A DNA stretch of 62,945 bases, the filler included, from Reticulomyxa filosa (Eukaryota > Protista > Foraminifera): NCBI GenBank assembly GCA_000512085.1. It is 19 parts of 19 records of this genome, joined end to end, with 100 filler letters (N's around TTAATTAATTAA, not from the genome) between each part and the next. Parts side by side here need not be neighbours in the genome. Positions count along the whole stretch, not along the records: positions 13,161 to 15,829 come from ASPP01048938.1; positions 15,930 to 17,453 come from ASPP01006783.1; positions 17,554 to 19,919 come from ASPP01027118.1; positions 20,020 to 22,022 come from ASPP01014422.1; positions 22,123 to 23,925 come from ASPP01009672.1; positions 24,026 to 30,005 come from ASPP01018516.1; 13 more parts are not named here. One strand, given 5' to 3'. The notes beneath the pieces were generated by a model that saw nothing but the letters and a program-made list of their open reading frames with translations, did not search any database and was not told the DNA's origin. Shown piece after piece: positions 13,540 to 26,419 of this stretch (its first letter is position 1; each line of letters opens with the position of its first letter). The position numbers were made by a program, and so were the translations under genes.

Positions 13540-13730
13540 CAGAAAATGGACAAAAAATGATGAAAACAAATAATAATAAAAATTAACAAAATTATCAAAA
13601 TGCTGTTGTTTGATGAAAATATAGGATTATCAATTGAATATAATGAAGATAACAACACTTTTCAATTTCATCAGCTATATGTTGGAGATGTTGTGTTGCA
13701 ATATTGAGTGAAGAAGACAATATGGACAAC
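13540..13730 (+). pseudogene. Internally deleted remnant of a Kelch-like beta-propeller family
   Basis: MLLFDENIGLSIEYNEDNNTFQFHQLYVGD joined directly to VAILSEEDN; no intact ORF. Family recognised from recall. Confidence 0.5.
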
Positions 13731-15432
13731 AATGTATACGATTGATTTTCTAATTCGAATTATCAAAATATCATTTGTTTAATTTATTACAATTTTTGTG
13801 AAGTAAAAAAATTACATTTGCAATTGTGTATGAAATAAGATGTAAATATCTTCTTTATCTTTATTCAAATGGTATATACTTCAATAATTATATCAATTCT
13901 AAAACAAAAAATACAAAAAACATAAAACAAAACTAATAATATTCAACACGAAAATCATTCAAACAAAAAATATGCTTAAACATAATTAATCAAAATAATA
14001 AAACTTCTCGTTGTGTTTGATGACAAAGCTGCAAGTGTAGAACCTCCAATTTCATCACATTTGTTTTATGTACAGATCAAGCTTGTTAACTCTTTTCTTT
14101 TTGAAATCAGTATTGATTATTTACGAATACTGTAGAAGAGTTTTGTACTATTCTATCACTTAAAGAAAATTTCAATTATATTTTATATTATATATGCGAA
14201 TGAACATTCGAAACTTACCAATAAATGTTATTATTATGTCAGAGATAGATTGAAGAAATGAAGGCTTCTATGTTCCAAAAACAACAACAATAAGACAAAG
14301 GCTAATCCTTTGTTTAAAGGTGTGCTTTTTTTATCTCTCCAAGAAGGTAAAGATAAGAATTTTACAAATTGTAGTACTTTCAGAAGAAAAAAGTATATAA
14401 CGATTTTCACAACACACCAAATAAGCAATCTTTTATTATTGTACTCAAAAAGTGGATAATGACAAAAAAATAAAAATATGAACACAACATTCTCGTCTAT
14501 GGAGACTAATGCAAACTTATTTATTTGTACTCAAATGTCATATTAATGAAAATTCACTGAAGCAAAGTTTGAGAAAATAAGAAAAAGATAAAACATAATT
14601 GTGTGCTGTTTTGATTTACATTTCAAATTTAAATCTTTTTTAAAAGAGCGCTTTTCAGATAATATAATATTTCTTAATTGATTTGAATTGTTTTATCACG
14701 TGATCCAAAACAAATAATTTTTTAAAAATTCCTTGTTTGTTGAAATAAATGAAAATGAAGCAAAATCAACATAAACAAAATTCAAGTACAGTTTGCAAAA
14801 AAATGCACACTGTCAAGTATGAACAAGTTATATTGACATCTAATGATAACCGATTATTCGCAATTAAAAAAGGAATGTAATTACAAAATAAAGTTGTGGT
14901 AGTAAATAAAAAAGACATGGCTCAATTAAACGATTTTACATCCTTTTCATAAGATCCATAGGTCTTACAAATAAAATATTAAGCATTCATGATGAAGACA
15001 CAACACACTTGGATAATAACATGAAAACAATGATACATTTCACACATATTCAATGAATGCAAAGCAAGTAATGACAATATGTGGCAGGCTAATATAAGCA
15101 AAGTTCTTTACTTCGTAGTTCTTTTCTTAAGAAAACAATCCAAAAAAAAAACTTAGTATAAAATTGGAGTAGAATTTTGATTTTTTATAAAAAAAAATAA
15201 ATTACAAATACAAATGGATTTGTGTGATTGTAATAAAAGCAATATTTTTGTGTTGTATGTGTTAATTCATCATATAAAAAGAAATTTTGAAATTGCTCAA
15301 TGAAATCGTTTTTTTCTTTCAAAAAACATAAAAACGATAAATTAAAGCGAAAAAGGGTGGAGCAGGACAAAAAAGTTTTTTAAAGTTTTTTTCCCCCCCT
15401 ACACTCATAATAACTACTTACTTGAAACAATT

Positions 15433-15829
15433 ATGTCTTTGAAAGCTTTTCTTGGCCTTGAAAAAAAGCTTCATGAAGTAACACTTACTTCTTTGAACTT
15501 AAAATGTTTGCAAGAAAAAGTGAATGAGCTACTCAACACGACAAGTAATGGTGATTCTAGCCATCGTTTTAAGATTACTGACAACAGTGGTCAAGACATC
15601 AACAATGATCAACAATTAAAAATATCATTTGAAATTCAACCTGTTTTCTTTTATATCAATATCATTCAAAGTTTTGTTCAATTATTTATTTATATATTTT
15701 TAAAATGAAATAATTTATTTTTAACAAAATAGGTAATGAGGATGAAAAGAAACATACAGAAGATGAAAAAAAAGAATATAATAATAGTAATGATGATGAT
15801 GATGAATGTCACAAAATTGTGAATCCATT
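15433..15829 (+). CDS. Hypothetical protein with PB1/ubiquitin-like N-terminus, 3'-partial
   Basis: ATG 15433; FKITDNSGQDINNDQQL; intron 15671-15732 (gttttg...atag); exon 2 NEDEKKHTEDEKK...ECHKIVNP runs into the gap. Confidence 0.55.
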
Positions 15830-15929
15830 NNNNNNNNNNNNNNNNNNNNNNNNNNNNNNNNNNNNNNNNNNNNTTAATTAATTAANNNNNNNNNNNNNNN
15901 NNNNNNNNNNNNNNNNNNNNNNNNNNNNN

Positions 15930-17453
15930 GCAACCTGCTGACGCAACTTTACCTCACTCTGGCTTAAGCGATATAAGCGCCAGCGCAGCAACAACGCCAA
16001 CACCAGCAACAATAACGTCAGGCCGGCGTATTGCACCAGTGGGCGCTGCCACCACAGCGGCGCGATATAAAACTGCAGGCTGGTTTCCGTCAGGCTCCAG
16101 TCGTTATCCGGATAAGCCGCCCGCACCCGCAACTGGTACTGGCCAGGTGGCAGGTTCGTGTATTCGACATGATGCAGGTTGCCGCGATTGACCCAATCCT
16201 GATCAAAGCCCTCTAATCGGGTCTGGTACTGGATGCGGGCCGGCATGATGTAACTCAAACCGGCGTAATGCACTTCTAAACGACGGGTACCGGCGAGCAG
16301 CTCTACATCAGGTTGCAGCGGATAAGACTGGCCGTCCGCAATTAATGCCTGCACCACGATAGGCGGCGTACGGGCGCTGAACCGGGCCACCTGACGTGGA
16401 TCAACCACGGCGACGCCCTGAGAGGTCGCAAACCACATCGAGCCATCCAGTAACTTGGCCGCCGCGGGCATCGAACCACCGTTACATTGCGCGCTGGCCA
16501 TGCCGTCCTGCTCACCAAATTGTTCAACTGTGGTCAGGTTGGTTAATTGTCCATCCATCACCTGATGCACTTCCGAGCGTGACAGACGCAACACGCCACG
16601 GTTGGAGCTAAGCCAAAACCACTGCTCAGCTTCCGATAAAATACTAAAAAAACTTTTCCAACCCGGCAGGCCATGCCGGGTATTTAATAACGCCAGCTGG
16701 CCATCGGCCGCGCGATAGCGCACCAACCCGCGGTCCGTCGCAATCCAAATAAACTGGCCGCCGCGTTCCGGATAAAAATCAAACACATATTCGGCGCCAT
16801 CCAGCGCCGACAAGTCGATTGCTGCAATCTTACCGTGTTGCATAATCGCAGCACCACCGGCCGTACCAACCAACAGTTGATCAGCTTTGCCGGGGACTGA
16901 TAAAAACCGCAACGCAGTGACAAACAGCTTGGGCAAACCGTCGTTGATAGCAAAAGCCGACAGCCGGCCATCTTTAAGCAAATTCAGCCCCTGCGCAGTA
17001 CCAATCCAGATACCTTGCGGGGTATCAGCAATAGCACGCACTTCATTGCTGCTCAGGCCATCCGGCCGCGAATAATGTTTGGCAATCCGGCCCTCACTAT
17101 CCAGCAAATAGAGGCCATCGGCGTAAGTACCGACCCATAAGCCACCATCTGCCGCTTCAGTTAAACTGAGCACCGATGCCTGATTAGCCAGCACTATCCG
17201 CTGAAACTGACCATTGCGGTATCGATCCAGCCCGCCGGCGCTGCCCACCCAGACAGAACCATCCGAGTGTTGCAGCATAGTGCGGACATAGTTATCAGCC
17301 AGCCCGTGGGCCTGTGTTTGATTAGAAAACGGGGCTTCACGTAAGCGTAACAAGCCACCATTAGTACCCACCCAGATGCTTTGTTCATCATCCTGATAAA
17401 TCGCCAACACCCGATTATTCGGCAAGCCATCAGTGACGGTCAGTTGTTCCAAT
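15930..17453 (-). CDS. Bacterial ligand-binding sensor (two-component regulator beta-propeller repeats + Y_Y_Y domain + TM helix), partial at both ends
   Basis: Repeated GL.NN.V..I..D..G.(I/V)WVGT.GGL units, Y_Y_Y motif YQTRLEGFDQDW...YTNLPPGQYQLRVRA, then PLWWQRP and a TM helix. No introns or homopolymers; GC visibly about 50%. Confidence 0.93.
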
Positions 17454-17553
17454 NNNNNNNNNNNNNNNNNNNNNNNNNNNNNNNNNNNNNNNNNNNNTTA
17501 ATTAATTAANNNNNNNNNNNNNNNNNNNNNNNNNNNNNNNNNNNNNNNNNNNN

Positions 17554-19216
17554 AACAAAATGTATATCCATTACCACCAATCACACCAACATTATTACTC
17601 TTATTGCCATTATTGTTATTACTTTGCAAAGGTGAAATATCCACACACAAAACAGCAAATTCATGTCCATTAAAAACATACAATGATTTGGATGCATCGA
17701 CATCCCATAAACGAACTGTTTTATCATGTGATGCAGAGCACAAATATTGACCACTATTAAACGATGAGAATTCAATACCAATAACACGATCAGTGTGTCC
17801 ATTGAATATTTTCAATTGTTGATTTTCTTTGATATCCCAAAAACGAATAGTTTTGTCATAAGATGAAGAACAAATGACATTACGACGATAGCGATAAGAA
17901 TAATATTGTGAAAATTTCACACCATAGACCCAATTTGAATGTCCATTGAATGATTGAATTTGTTTGTTGGTTTCGATATCCCATACACGAACGGTGTTAT
18001 CATGAGATCCAGAACAAATCAATTGGCTATCATCAAATGTCGAATAATCAATACTCCAAACACAACGTGTGTGTCCAGTGAAAGTCTTGATTAATTTGGA
18101 TGACGAACGGAACAAATCAAAATTGAATGTGGAAGATTGTAATAATTTATAATTTTTATCATCTTCTTTTCTTTCCTCATTGCTGTTGGATTGAATTTTG
18201 TTGATCCCATTATTTTTGAATTTAATTTCTTTTTTCAATTGTTCAATTTCAGCAATAAGAGTGTTCTAATTGGTATCATTTATCAATTTTTTTTTATTTT
18301 TTTTGAAATAAAAAAAAAAAAAAAGAAAACATACCTGTTGTTGTTTTAAGTTTGTGTTATCACTGTTTATTTTTAAAATTTCTTCATTTTGCCTTTTTTC
18401 ATTCAATTCTTTTTCTAATTTCAATTTTTCATTTTTCAATTTCATTTGTTTTATTTCATCCTTAATTTGTTTATTTGATTATTGAAATTTTATTTTGAAA
18501 TTTTAACAAAAAATAAAAAATTAAAAAAGATAAACTTGTTGTTGTTGAATGATTTGATGCAGCAATTTAAATTTCTTAATTACTAATTTAAAATGGAGTT
18601 GCATATTCCCAATCAAATGTTGTTTTAAATCACTCTTAAAACAAGAGTGATTACATCCAAATTGTCGAAACCAACAAGTGGATAGTTTTAATGCACATGA
18701 TATACTCAAATGATTATTTATATTTTTTATTTTCCCTTTGAAATCACAGATTGTTTTATCTCCAGCCACCCGCTCTTCTTCATTGCTTCTAAATGTTCGT
18801 AAATCTTGTCTGAATTGTCTCAGGCATACGACATTTAATTCACTAATTTGTTTTTCTATCGACTTTGCTTTTGAATATTGGCAACCACTGTGTGGCTGAA
18901 CAGGACATATATTGCCATTGTTACTAAAGAATTGCTTTAAACATTCCTCTCCAGCAATCAACACTTTATTCATGCCTTCGTGCTGAGGACAAGTAATTTC
19001 GACTGGATTGTTTGCAACTTGTTTGCAAATCAAACAAATAAATTGACCAATTTGTTCTTGTGTGTTCGATCGCAACACCCAGTTCTTATCAAAGCATTGC
19101 TGACTTGAAGAAATAGAAGAAATAGAAGAAACAGAAGAAACAGAAGAAGCTGGCGACATTATAGCGTCAATAAATCCTTCCATGTCTTTGCGTTTTTCGT
19201 CTTCAAAGCCACTCAT
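17554..19216 (-). CDS. RING/TRAF-type zinc finger + coiled coil + WD40 repeat protein, 3'-partial; exons about 19216-18536, 18461-18335, 18267-17554
   Basis: [10 protein letters not shown]...CPQH...CLKQF...CPVQPH and [12 protein letters not shown]40 repeats GH...VWSIDYS...[18 protein letters not shown] introns are in phase. Confidence 0.88.
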
Positions 19217-20019
19217 GTTCACTTTTTTTGATTTGCCTTGTTTACTTCTTTGATGTTAGAGATTGATTATTGATTTATTATAAATTTTTTTTTTTTGGAG
19301 AGAATTTTTGATTTTTAGCGGATCCTTTAAAAAAAAGGGGTGCAAGGCATTTCATACAGTAATGTGTGCACATCACCCAGAGACAGAATTCGGTGCAAAT
19401 ACATTGCACCAAACCTTTTTTATGCTGAGAATGGATGAGTATATAGATAACGCACACAGATACTAATAAAATTTGATATATTTGTAACACATCATTGTTA
19501 TGTTTTTTTTTTTTTGCTTCGCATTTTCGAACAAACCAGAAAAAGATAATTTAGAAACTTTTGGATTTGAAATAAGTGTGCCATTTCAACTATAGATTGT
19601 GTTATCATAATTTAATATCTGATATTTAAGTAATAGATGATTTTTTTTTGTTATTATCAAGTACTTTCATTTACACAAAAGTTGCAAAGTGAGTCTCAGT
19701 ATCTTTTGATAAATAATACATATTTAAGGAAGTATGAAATTATTGAATTATCAAATTTGTTATGTCAGGAATAATTCAATTTTTGTTGTTGGATGATGCC
19801 AACATAAAAAGGTCTCAAACAATATTTTCAGCGGTTTATTCCAGCAATAAAGATACTTGACAAATATTAAATCAAATTTTATTTTTGTTTAAACCTTTTC
19901 AATTCAAAGAAAATGGCCCNNNNNNNNNNNNNNNNNNNNNNNNNNNNNNNNNNNNNNNNNNNNTTAATTAATTAANNNNNNNNNNNNNNNNNNNNNNNNN
20001 NNNNNNNNNNNNNNNNNNN

Positions 20020-20054
<35 letters not shown>

Positions 20055-20667
20055 GGTGGTGGTCACTATCACATCCTTTGCGGTCACTATCGTCACCATT
20101 GGTATTATTATTATTATTATTGTTGTCACAATTACATGTGGACCAAATCAAAATCAATCCATCATATTGCTGTTGCTGTTGTTGCAATTGCAAACATTGC
20201 TTTGATATCAATGCATTCAATTCACTCATGGTCAATTGCATGGTCGATGCCAACGGCTCATCATCATCATCACCATCATCATCATTATTATTATTGTCGC
20301 TGTTGTTACTCCCATTGGCCAGATTCGACTTCACGTCGTAACCGTAACTCTCTTTCCACATCTTCTTCAACCATTTCACGTCCTTTGTTATTTCTTCCTT
20401 GTGCTCCTCACTTTCGCATCGCCACATTCCTACCAATATCACCAATCCCTTTCTTATTACACTTGCCTTTTTTTTTTGGACCTCTTTTGCTTTTTTCTGC
20501 TTTGCCACTTTTCCTTCTTCTTTTTCTTCTTCCTTGCTTTCCTTGCTTTCTTTTTCTTGTCTCTCTTGCGCTTCTCGCATGTTCAAACTTGCTTGCAGTT
20601 CCAGATTTCTCGCTGCCTTTGCCAACACTTTCCCACTCTTCCAAAACTGAAAGCGATCGAACGACAT
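20020..20667 (-). CDS. Caspase-fold (C14 p20-like) domain protein, probably non-catalytic, 3'-partial
   Basis: KGLVILVG...DVKWLKKMWKESYGYDV...LTMSELNALI...YDGLILIWST follows the caspase beta1-alpha1-beta2-alpha2-beta3 pattern, but the His-Gly motif is missing. Confidence 0.5.
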
Positions 20668-21192
20668 TTTCTTTCTTTAAAAAAAAAAACAAAAAAAACA
20701 ACAAATAGTGCTTACTTATTTTTCACGCGTAAGACATCACCTTTAGTAAACATTTGTCTTTTTTTTAAAAAAAATGGGGAGAAAAAAATAGCATGAAGAG
20801 AAATTCAATACATGTTGGAATGTACTCAAAGTGATACTTCTGGCCAAAATACTTTTTTTACTTTTTCCCTTCGCTACGTCTCCTGGCTTTTTTTTTTTGT
20901 ACTGTCATCAGTTGCAACTGACACGTTGCGAAACAAATTGCAGACCGTGCAACCAAATTATGAGTAAGAGTGCTTTGTAGATTGTAGATATGGTTTTAAA
21001 AAACACAGCCTGTCCAAGTAAATCCCAAAGTACAGCCACATTTGTTCCCTTTTGTACCGTTTGCATTCTGTACAACTAAAATGAAACTACCAAGAAAAGG
21101 TATCGGCGTTAGAAGCCTTCAAGTTTTTTTAATTTTATTTTATGTTTATTTCCCCTTTCGCTTTAATCATTTGTATTTTCGTTCAAGTAAAA

Positions 21193-21810
21193 ATGAGCCA
21201 GCAATCTCGGTCTCGTGTGAATGAATTTTTGGACATTTTGCAACACGAAGTTCGTGTTGATGTTCATTTACTTCGGTTAAAAGAAGCAAGTGTATGTCTT
21301 TGCATAAAAAACGTGGCAGAAATAAGCAAGCAAATGTAAGCAATGAAAGAACTGTTTGGGAAAAAAAAAAAAAGTGAGTTAGGACGAAATGGGGGTATTC
21401 CAAAGTCAGTACGACCACAAGTATGGAAGTATTTGTTAGGGTTGTCAAACCCATACAAGCACTTGGAAAATCCAAGTAATCGGGCAATGTTGGAAGAGTT
21501 TAAGCGTTTGCAAGAGAGACACAAGTACTTTGCAGAGGTGATATCGACATCGGATCAAAAGCTGATCGAGAAGCACGTGCAAGTGTTGGTGGAGGGTATC
21601 AAAGCAGACGACGAGTCACTGGCAAGTGTCGCACCGTCATCGGCCAAGTCTGCACGCTATACAACCGGCAATCAGCGTCTGTCGTTGGTCTTGACCTATC
21701 AATCCTTTGAAAGGTCGCCCACCCATAGCACAAGTTACTCATCGTCTTTCAAGTCACCGACAAGTCAGCATCACAAAGAAGAAGCCAATGCAATTCATAA
21801 TAACAATAGC

Positions 21811-21848
<38 letters not shown>

Positions 21849-22022
21849 TAATAATAGCAATACAAATACAAGTGCAAATAATAGTGAAACCGACAAATAC
21901 ACAAAACTTGGAAAAAATTTGATTTATTTGTTGTCCATGTTTTTGATGGATCGCAGATTGAAAAGTCGTGACAATAGCAGTGCCATTGGGACAAATAATA
22001 ATAACAATAATAATAATAATAA
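21193..22022 (+). CDS. TBC-domain Rab GTPase-activating protein-like, 3'-partial
   Basis: Exon 1 MSQQSRSRVNEFLDILQHEVRVDVHLLRLKEA, intron 21290-21382, then GGIPKSVRPQVWKYLLG (TBC motif A, RxxxW). Poly-Asn insert. Confidence 0.75.
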
Positions 22023-22122
22023 NNNNNNNNNNNNNNNNNNNNNNNNNNNNNNNNNNNNNNNNNNNNTTAATTAATTAANNNNNNNNNNNNNNNNNNNNNN
22101 NNNNNNNNNNNNNNNNNNNNNN

Positions 22123-22622
22123 TTTTTTTTTTTTAAAACTCTTTGCAATGGGATATCACTGACGATCTGACGACAAAAGATTGCAAAGTCACAATCACTT
22201 CGAAAAGACAAGTAACTATCTTCAACCTCCTCGAACCCGGGCATTCGTTGTCCGTTGGCGTCGAGCCCCAACCCCTCGAGTTGTAACATGTCTTCATTCT
22301 TCACATCATCGTCAGCTTCTTCCGCTTCTTCTTCTTCATTGCCATTGTCTTGCGGTTCTTCTTGGTCTTCTGTTGCTTGCGCTTCTGTCATTGTCACGTC
22401 TCCGCCTTCATTTATATCCATCAACAAGTTCTCTCCGGCTTCTTCTTCTTGCATGTAGTCTTTTATATTTGGCTTGAAGTCCTTCTCATTCGTGTCCATG
22501 TTTGTGTCTTCCGTGTTGTCATTGCCCATGTCATCGTCGTCGCCTTCCATGTTTTCTTCGTTCACTGTGTCGTTTGCCGTGAAGTAAGTATCGGCGTCTT
22601 TCATTGATATGTCTGGATCTGA
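22123..22622 (-). CDS. Highly acidic hypothetical protein exon, partial
   Basis: Long D/E-rich open frame with coding-like composition, running into the gap. Confidence 0.55.
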
Positions 22623-23227
22623 CTATTTCTTTTCTTCTTTTCTTTTTTGTTTGCTTTTACTTTGGCACAACCAAGAAACGTTCTGAACTGCAATATGCAA
22701 ATTGCAATGAGAAACTTTTTTTATATAAAAAAAAAATTAGGGAGGGTCCTGTCAAGGGAAGCAGTATGTTGTTTCTACTTTCACGAAAGTGGCCACGTTT
22801 TCACTAACCACTTCCATTATGTTTCGAGTTTATAACATCAATGCTTTCAAGGACCATATATCAAAGCGTCGAGATTTGCACTGCACAAAAATGGAATGTT
22901 TCGGAAAAACTCACACATTTATCAAAAAAGATCAGATTTTTCAAATCAGTGGAAGTGTTTTGTTGTTATTTTTTGTTTTCTTTTTAAAAAGAATTGATTA
23001 AAGCTTGAAAAAAAAATTAATTACAAAAGTTGTGGTGAACATGAATAACAAGAGAGTGCACAATATTTGAATCTACAAAAGTGTTTGGACAGCTCTCAGT
23101 CTCGGATCTGTTATTGCGACACTATCAAATAGTTCACTTTAAAAAAAAAAAGTGCAAGAGTAACTTAAAAGAAAGGAACTGCGTATTAAAAAAAGGGGTG
23201 TTATAGCAGGTGTGTTTATTAAAAAAA

Positions 23228-23886
23228 ATGACATCGACGTTGCAATCTCCAGCGGCGCAGATAGCGTTTGAAAAGACGAAGCGCATTCAAGATCTGCTGA
23301 AGATAACGGAGCAATTTTTGCAAGAGAAAACGAAGTTGGAGTTGATACAAATAATACTAAAGTTGCGAAATGACTTGATCCGTTTGGAGACGTTGTCGCT
23401 TCGAGGGAATGGACAGCAGAGCCGAATTGGAGTATCGCAATCGCAGTCAAGTTCGTTGTCAGGTTCTCCCCAGGCGGAGACAGAAGTGAACCAAGGTGAG
23501 TCCCCACATGTGGACACGCAGATAAGAAGTGCGAACGGATCCGGATTAGTAGAGGCAAGAAAGGGCAATGAAGACCAACAGCAACAGCAACAGCAACAGC
23601 ACAGCAACAAGGTGTGAGTCAAGTGACGATAGGACATGAAAGATCATTGTCGCGATCAAGATCAAGATCGCGATCACGTGGCTTGGAGGACCTGGTAACA
23701 GGCCTGCATTCGCGGAACAGCAGCATTTCGTCTGTGAACAGCGCGCTGGGAATGGACGAGCGACACCGCAAATACATCACCAGTCCACCACAAAGTCCGG
23801 CTTTGACGCCAAGAGACCTGGGTCGAGTCAATGCAAAACTGGATGAAATGACAAGAAGTAGAAGTTATGAAGGGTCGTCCCCTTCA

Positions 23887-23925
<39 letters not shown>
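23228..23925 (+). CDS. Hypothetical coiled-coil/low-complexity protein (polyQ, RS, polyN) with a 1-nt frameshift at 23601, 3'-partial
   Basis: ORFs 23210-23617 and 23614-23973 join seamlessly if one A is restored in the (CAACAG)n repeat. Confidence 0.6.
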
Positions 23926-24025
23926 NNNNNNNNNNNNNNNNNNNNNNNNNNNNNNNNNNNNNNNNNNNNTTAATTAATTAANNNNNNNNNNNNNNNNNNN
24001 NNNNNNNNNNNNNNNNNNNNNNNNN

Positions 24026-24525
24026 TTTTTTTTTTTTAGTTAACCCTTCGATCGATTTAAATATGAAATGTAGACCGTTTTTGTTTTTTTTTTGCGGGGT
24101 CACCCCTACCCACATATTTTGTGCATTTTCCTTCCGCTTCCTCCTTTTTTATTGAAAGAAGGGCAATCTTTTTCCATCCCCGCTACTTCTCTCTTGTGGG
24201 TTGAATGCAAAACGAAACTTGGCCTATCGTGTCTGGCTGCAATGTGTAGTAATGTTTCATTCTTTCCTCGCATTTCCTTTGTTCGTCGAATTTCTTGAAG
24301 TGGAATGAAATGAGATACTACTTGAAGACAGCTCACGGATCCAATAGCCGCTGCTAACATAGGAGGAGTATAGCCGTCACTATTCGGGCGGCACAACGCG
24401 CTCGTTACGTTGTCTCTGTGTCTTTCCAGAAGCTCGCGCAATCTATCTGCATCAGACAACAAGCATGCATCCACGACATCCGATTGGAACGAGATCGTGT
24501 AATTCTTGCAACATCTGCTGCCCAT
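24026..24525 (-). CDS. Ankyrin-repeat protein with N-terminal acylation motif (MGSRCC), 3'-partial
   Basis: DGYTPPMLAAAIGSVSCLQ and NETLLHIAARHD ankyrin motifs. Confidence 0.8.
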
Positions 24526-24914
24526 TATTTCAACTTTTCTGGAAAGGACGCTTTTTTAATATTTTTAAACGTACTCCCTCCCGTTGCTACATTTTCCGAA
24601 ACACTGTTGTATAAAAAATATTGCGACACAAAATAGGAATTCTGGAAAAAAAACAGGAGCGAGTTAACGCAATAAAAACATATTGTGAAAACAATATCAT
24701 AAGCTCTTTCAGTGAAGCAGCTCAGGGTTCAAAATTTTATTGGGCAAGCTAAACCTATGTTAAGAAAACTATACAGTGGAACCTATGCTATTAAAATATC
24801 CCACCTACCTTTATTTGAACATATCCCACAAAGTTGTTCTTTTTTCAAAAAAGAAGCACAGAGAAGGAGTAACCCCTCACAAAGCATCTTTGAATATTGA
24901 AATTTTCAGTAAAA

Positions 24915-26075
24915 ATGCATTCCACAAAACAATTTGTCTCTTTGTGGAATAAATTTTTGCATGATGCTAAGCTGAAAACCCAAGTCTGGTATTCTGGTAC
25001 AAAAAGAAAAAAAAAAGTGTTTTTGCAACAACTAAACAGCGTATTATTGACAATATCAGAGAACATATGTATACATACTTCCACGAACAAATATCAAGGA
25101 CAACCAGAAACATCTGGAAAATTCCGTTGAGCCAAGGACAATTGGAGGGACAGTTGTTCACTTATACATACAATTTTTTGAGTGTATTGAACGAATCCCC
25201 TTTAAACCTAGGGTCTGTAGCTCCATATATCAATGAAGATATTTTAAATTTTTTGTCCGAGAGGAGCTCACACCCTGGCTTGCCCACGTTTGCTCGTAAG
25301 CATGAAACAATACCTGTCGATCCACGTGATCTTTCAATTAAATTGTCGTCTCTTCAATTGCTTTTCGACATTGCCCCTTTTTTGTCAAAGGCAGAAAAGC
25401 GCGACAACACTAGTTCACAGCCTTTGCAAGAACAACAGCAGTTTGAGGAATTCCTAAGAAAAATTTACAAAAATGACGACAAAGCATTTCAGGAAGCACT
25501 CGAACAACACTTGAAAACTTCAAAGAAAACTCTTCACGTCCAGACACCACCAAACCTCAAAAAACGGCTTTGTCTGTTGCACAGCCTCACATTGAGATCT
25601 CAAATAATGACTCTTTACCAGTCTATTTGGCTGTTGAAATGTTTCTATGTTATGGTACGTTCTGCGAATTTTTTTTTTAAAGACAGCGTCAACAAAAATG
25701 GGGGCCACAAAGGAGACCTTGCACTTGATCTGTTTGTGAACAGATGCTGATGCTGCAACATCTTATGACGTACTACCATTGTCTGATGGCAATACGCAGA
25801 GAGTGTTTCATTGGCAATTGCTTTCCAAAAATCCTGTTGGCTTTCTTGAACAACTGGATAGTAAAAATATGACAAAAAAATTAAATAAAATGCTTATTAA
25901 AAAGCTAAACAACCAAGGCGCTTCTCGATCGCCACTATTTTGGAGTGGCTGCACCCCAGCCGAATGTTGGATGGATCTAACATATCAATGGCACTTTTCA
26001 AACAAAAACTGGAGAAAACAGCAACATACAGCCAAAGTTTTGGACTGGAGATTGGTAGACGCATCGTTGTGGTAG
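24915..26075 (+). CDS. Hypothetical protein, multi-exon, apparent frameshift near 25514-25517
   Basis: Long ORFs 25067-25750 and 25779-26075. Intron 25655-25743 is phase-compatible only with the -1 frame upstream. Confidence 0.5.
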
Positions 26076-26419
26076 ATATAGTGTTTTCTTCATGTTTTAG
26101 TTTTGTTTTTCTGTCCATCATTAACAATTATGATTAGGATGTTCACATCACTCACTTTTTGTCTTCCCTCGTTCTCATTGTCATGAGTTGTAAGAGGGCA
26201 ACAACAATGCACCACAGGCACGCATTATGAAAAAGAAAAAGTTGTAATTCACAAAAGCACAATGTCATCATCACCAACATGTGATACAAAGAAAAAAACA
26301 CCAAAAGGGAAATGCGTTCTTGCGTAGCAAAAGGTTTATGGTTTCCCTGTCTCTAACAAAACATAGGTAAAAGAAAAGCATGCAAACAAAAGAAAAAACA
26401 AACAAAAAAAACAAAGAAT

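Noticed and set aside
15433-19216. Bacterial gene flanked by eukaryotic genes as an HGT insertion
   Set aside because: The flanks are separated from it by artificial linkers, so there is no physical linkage.
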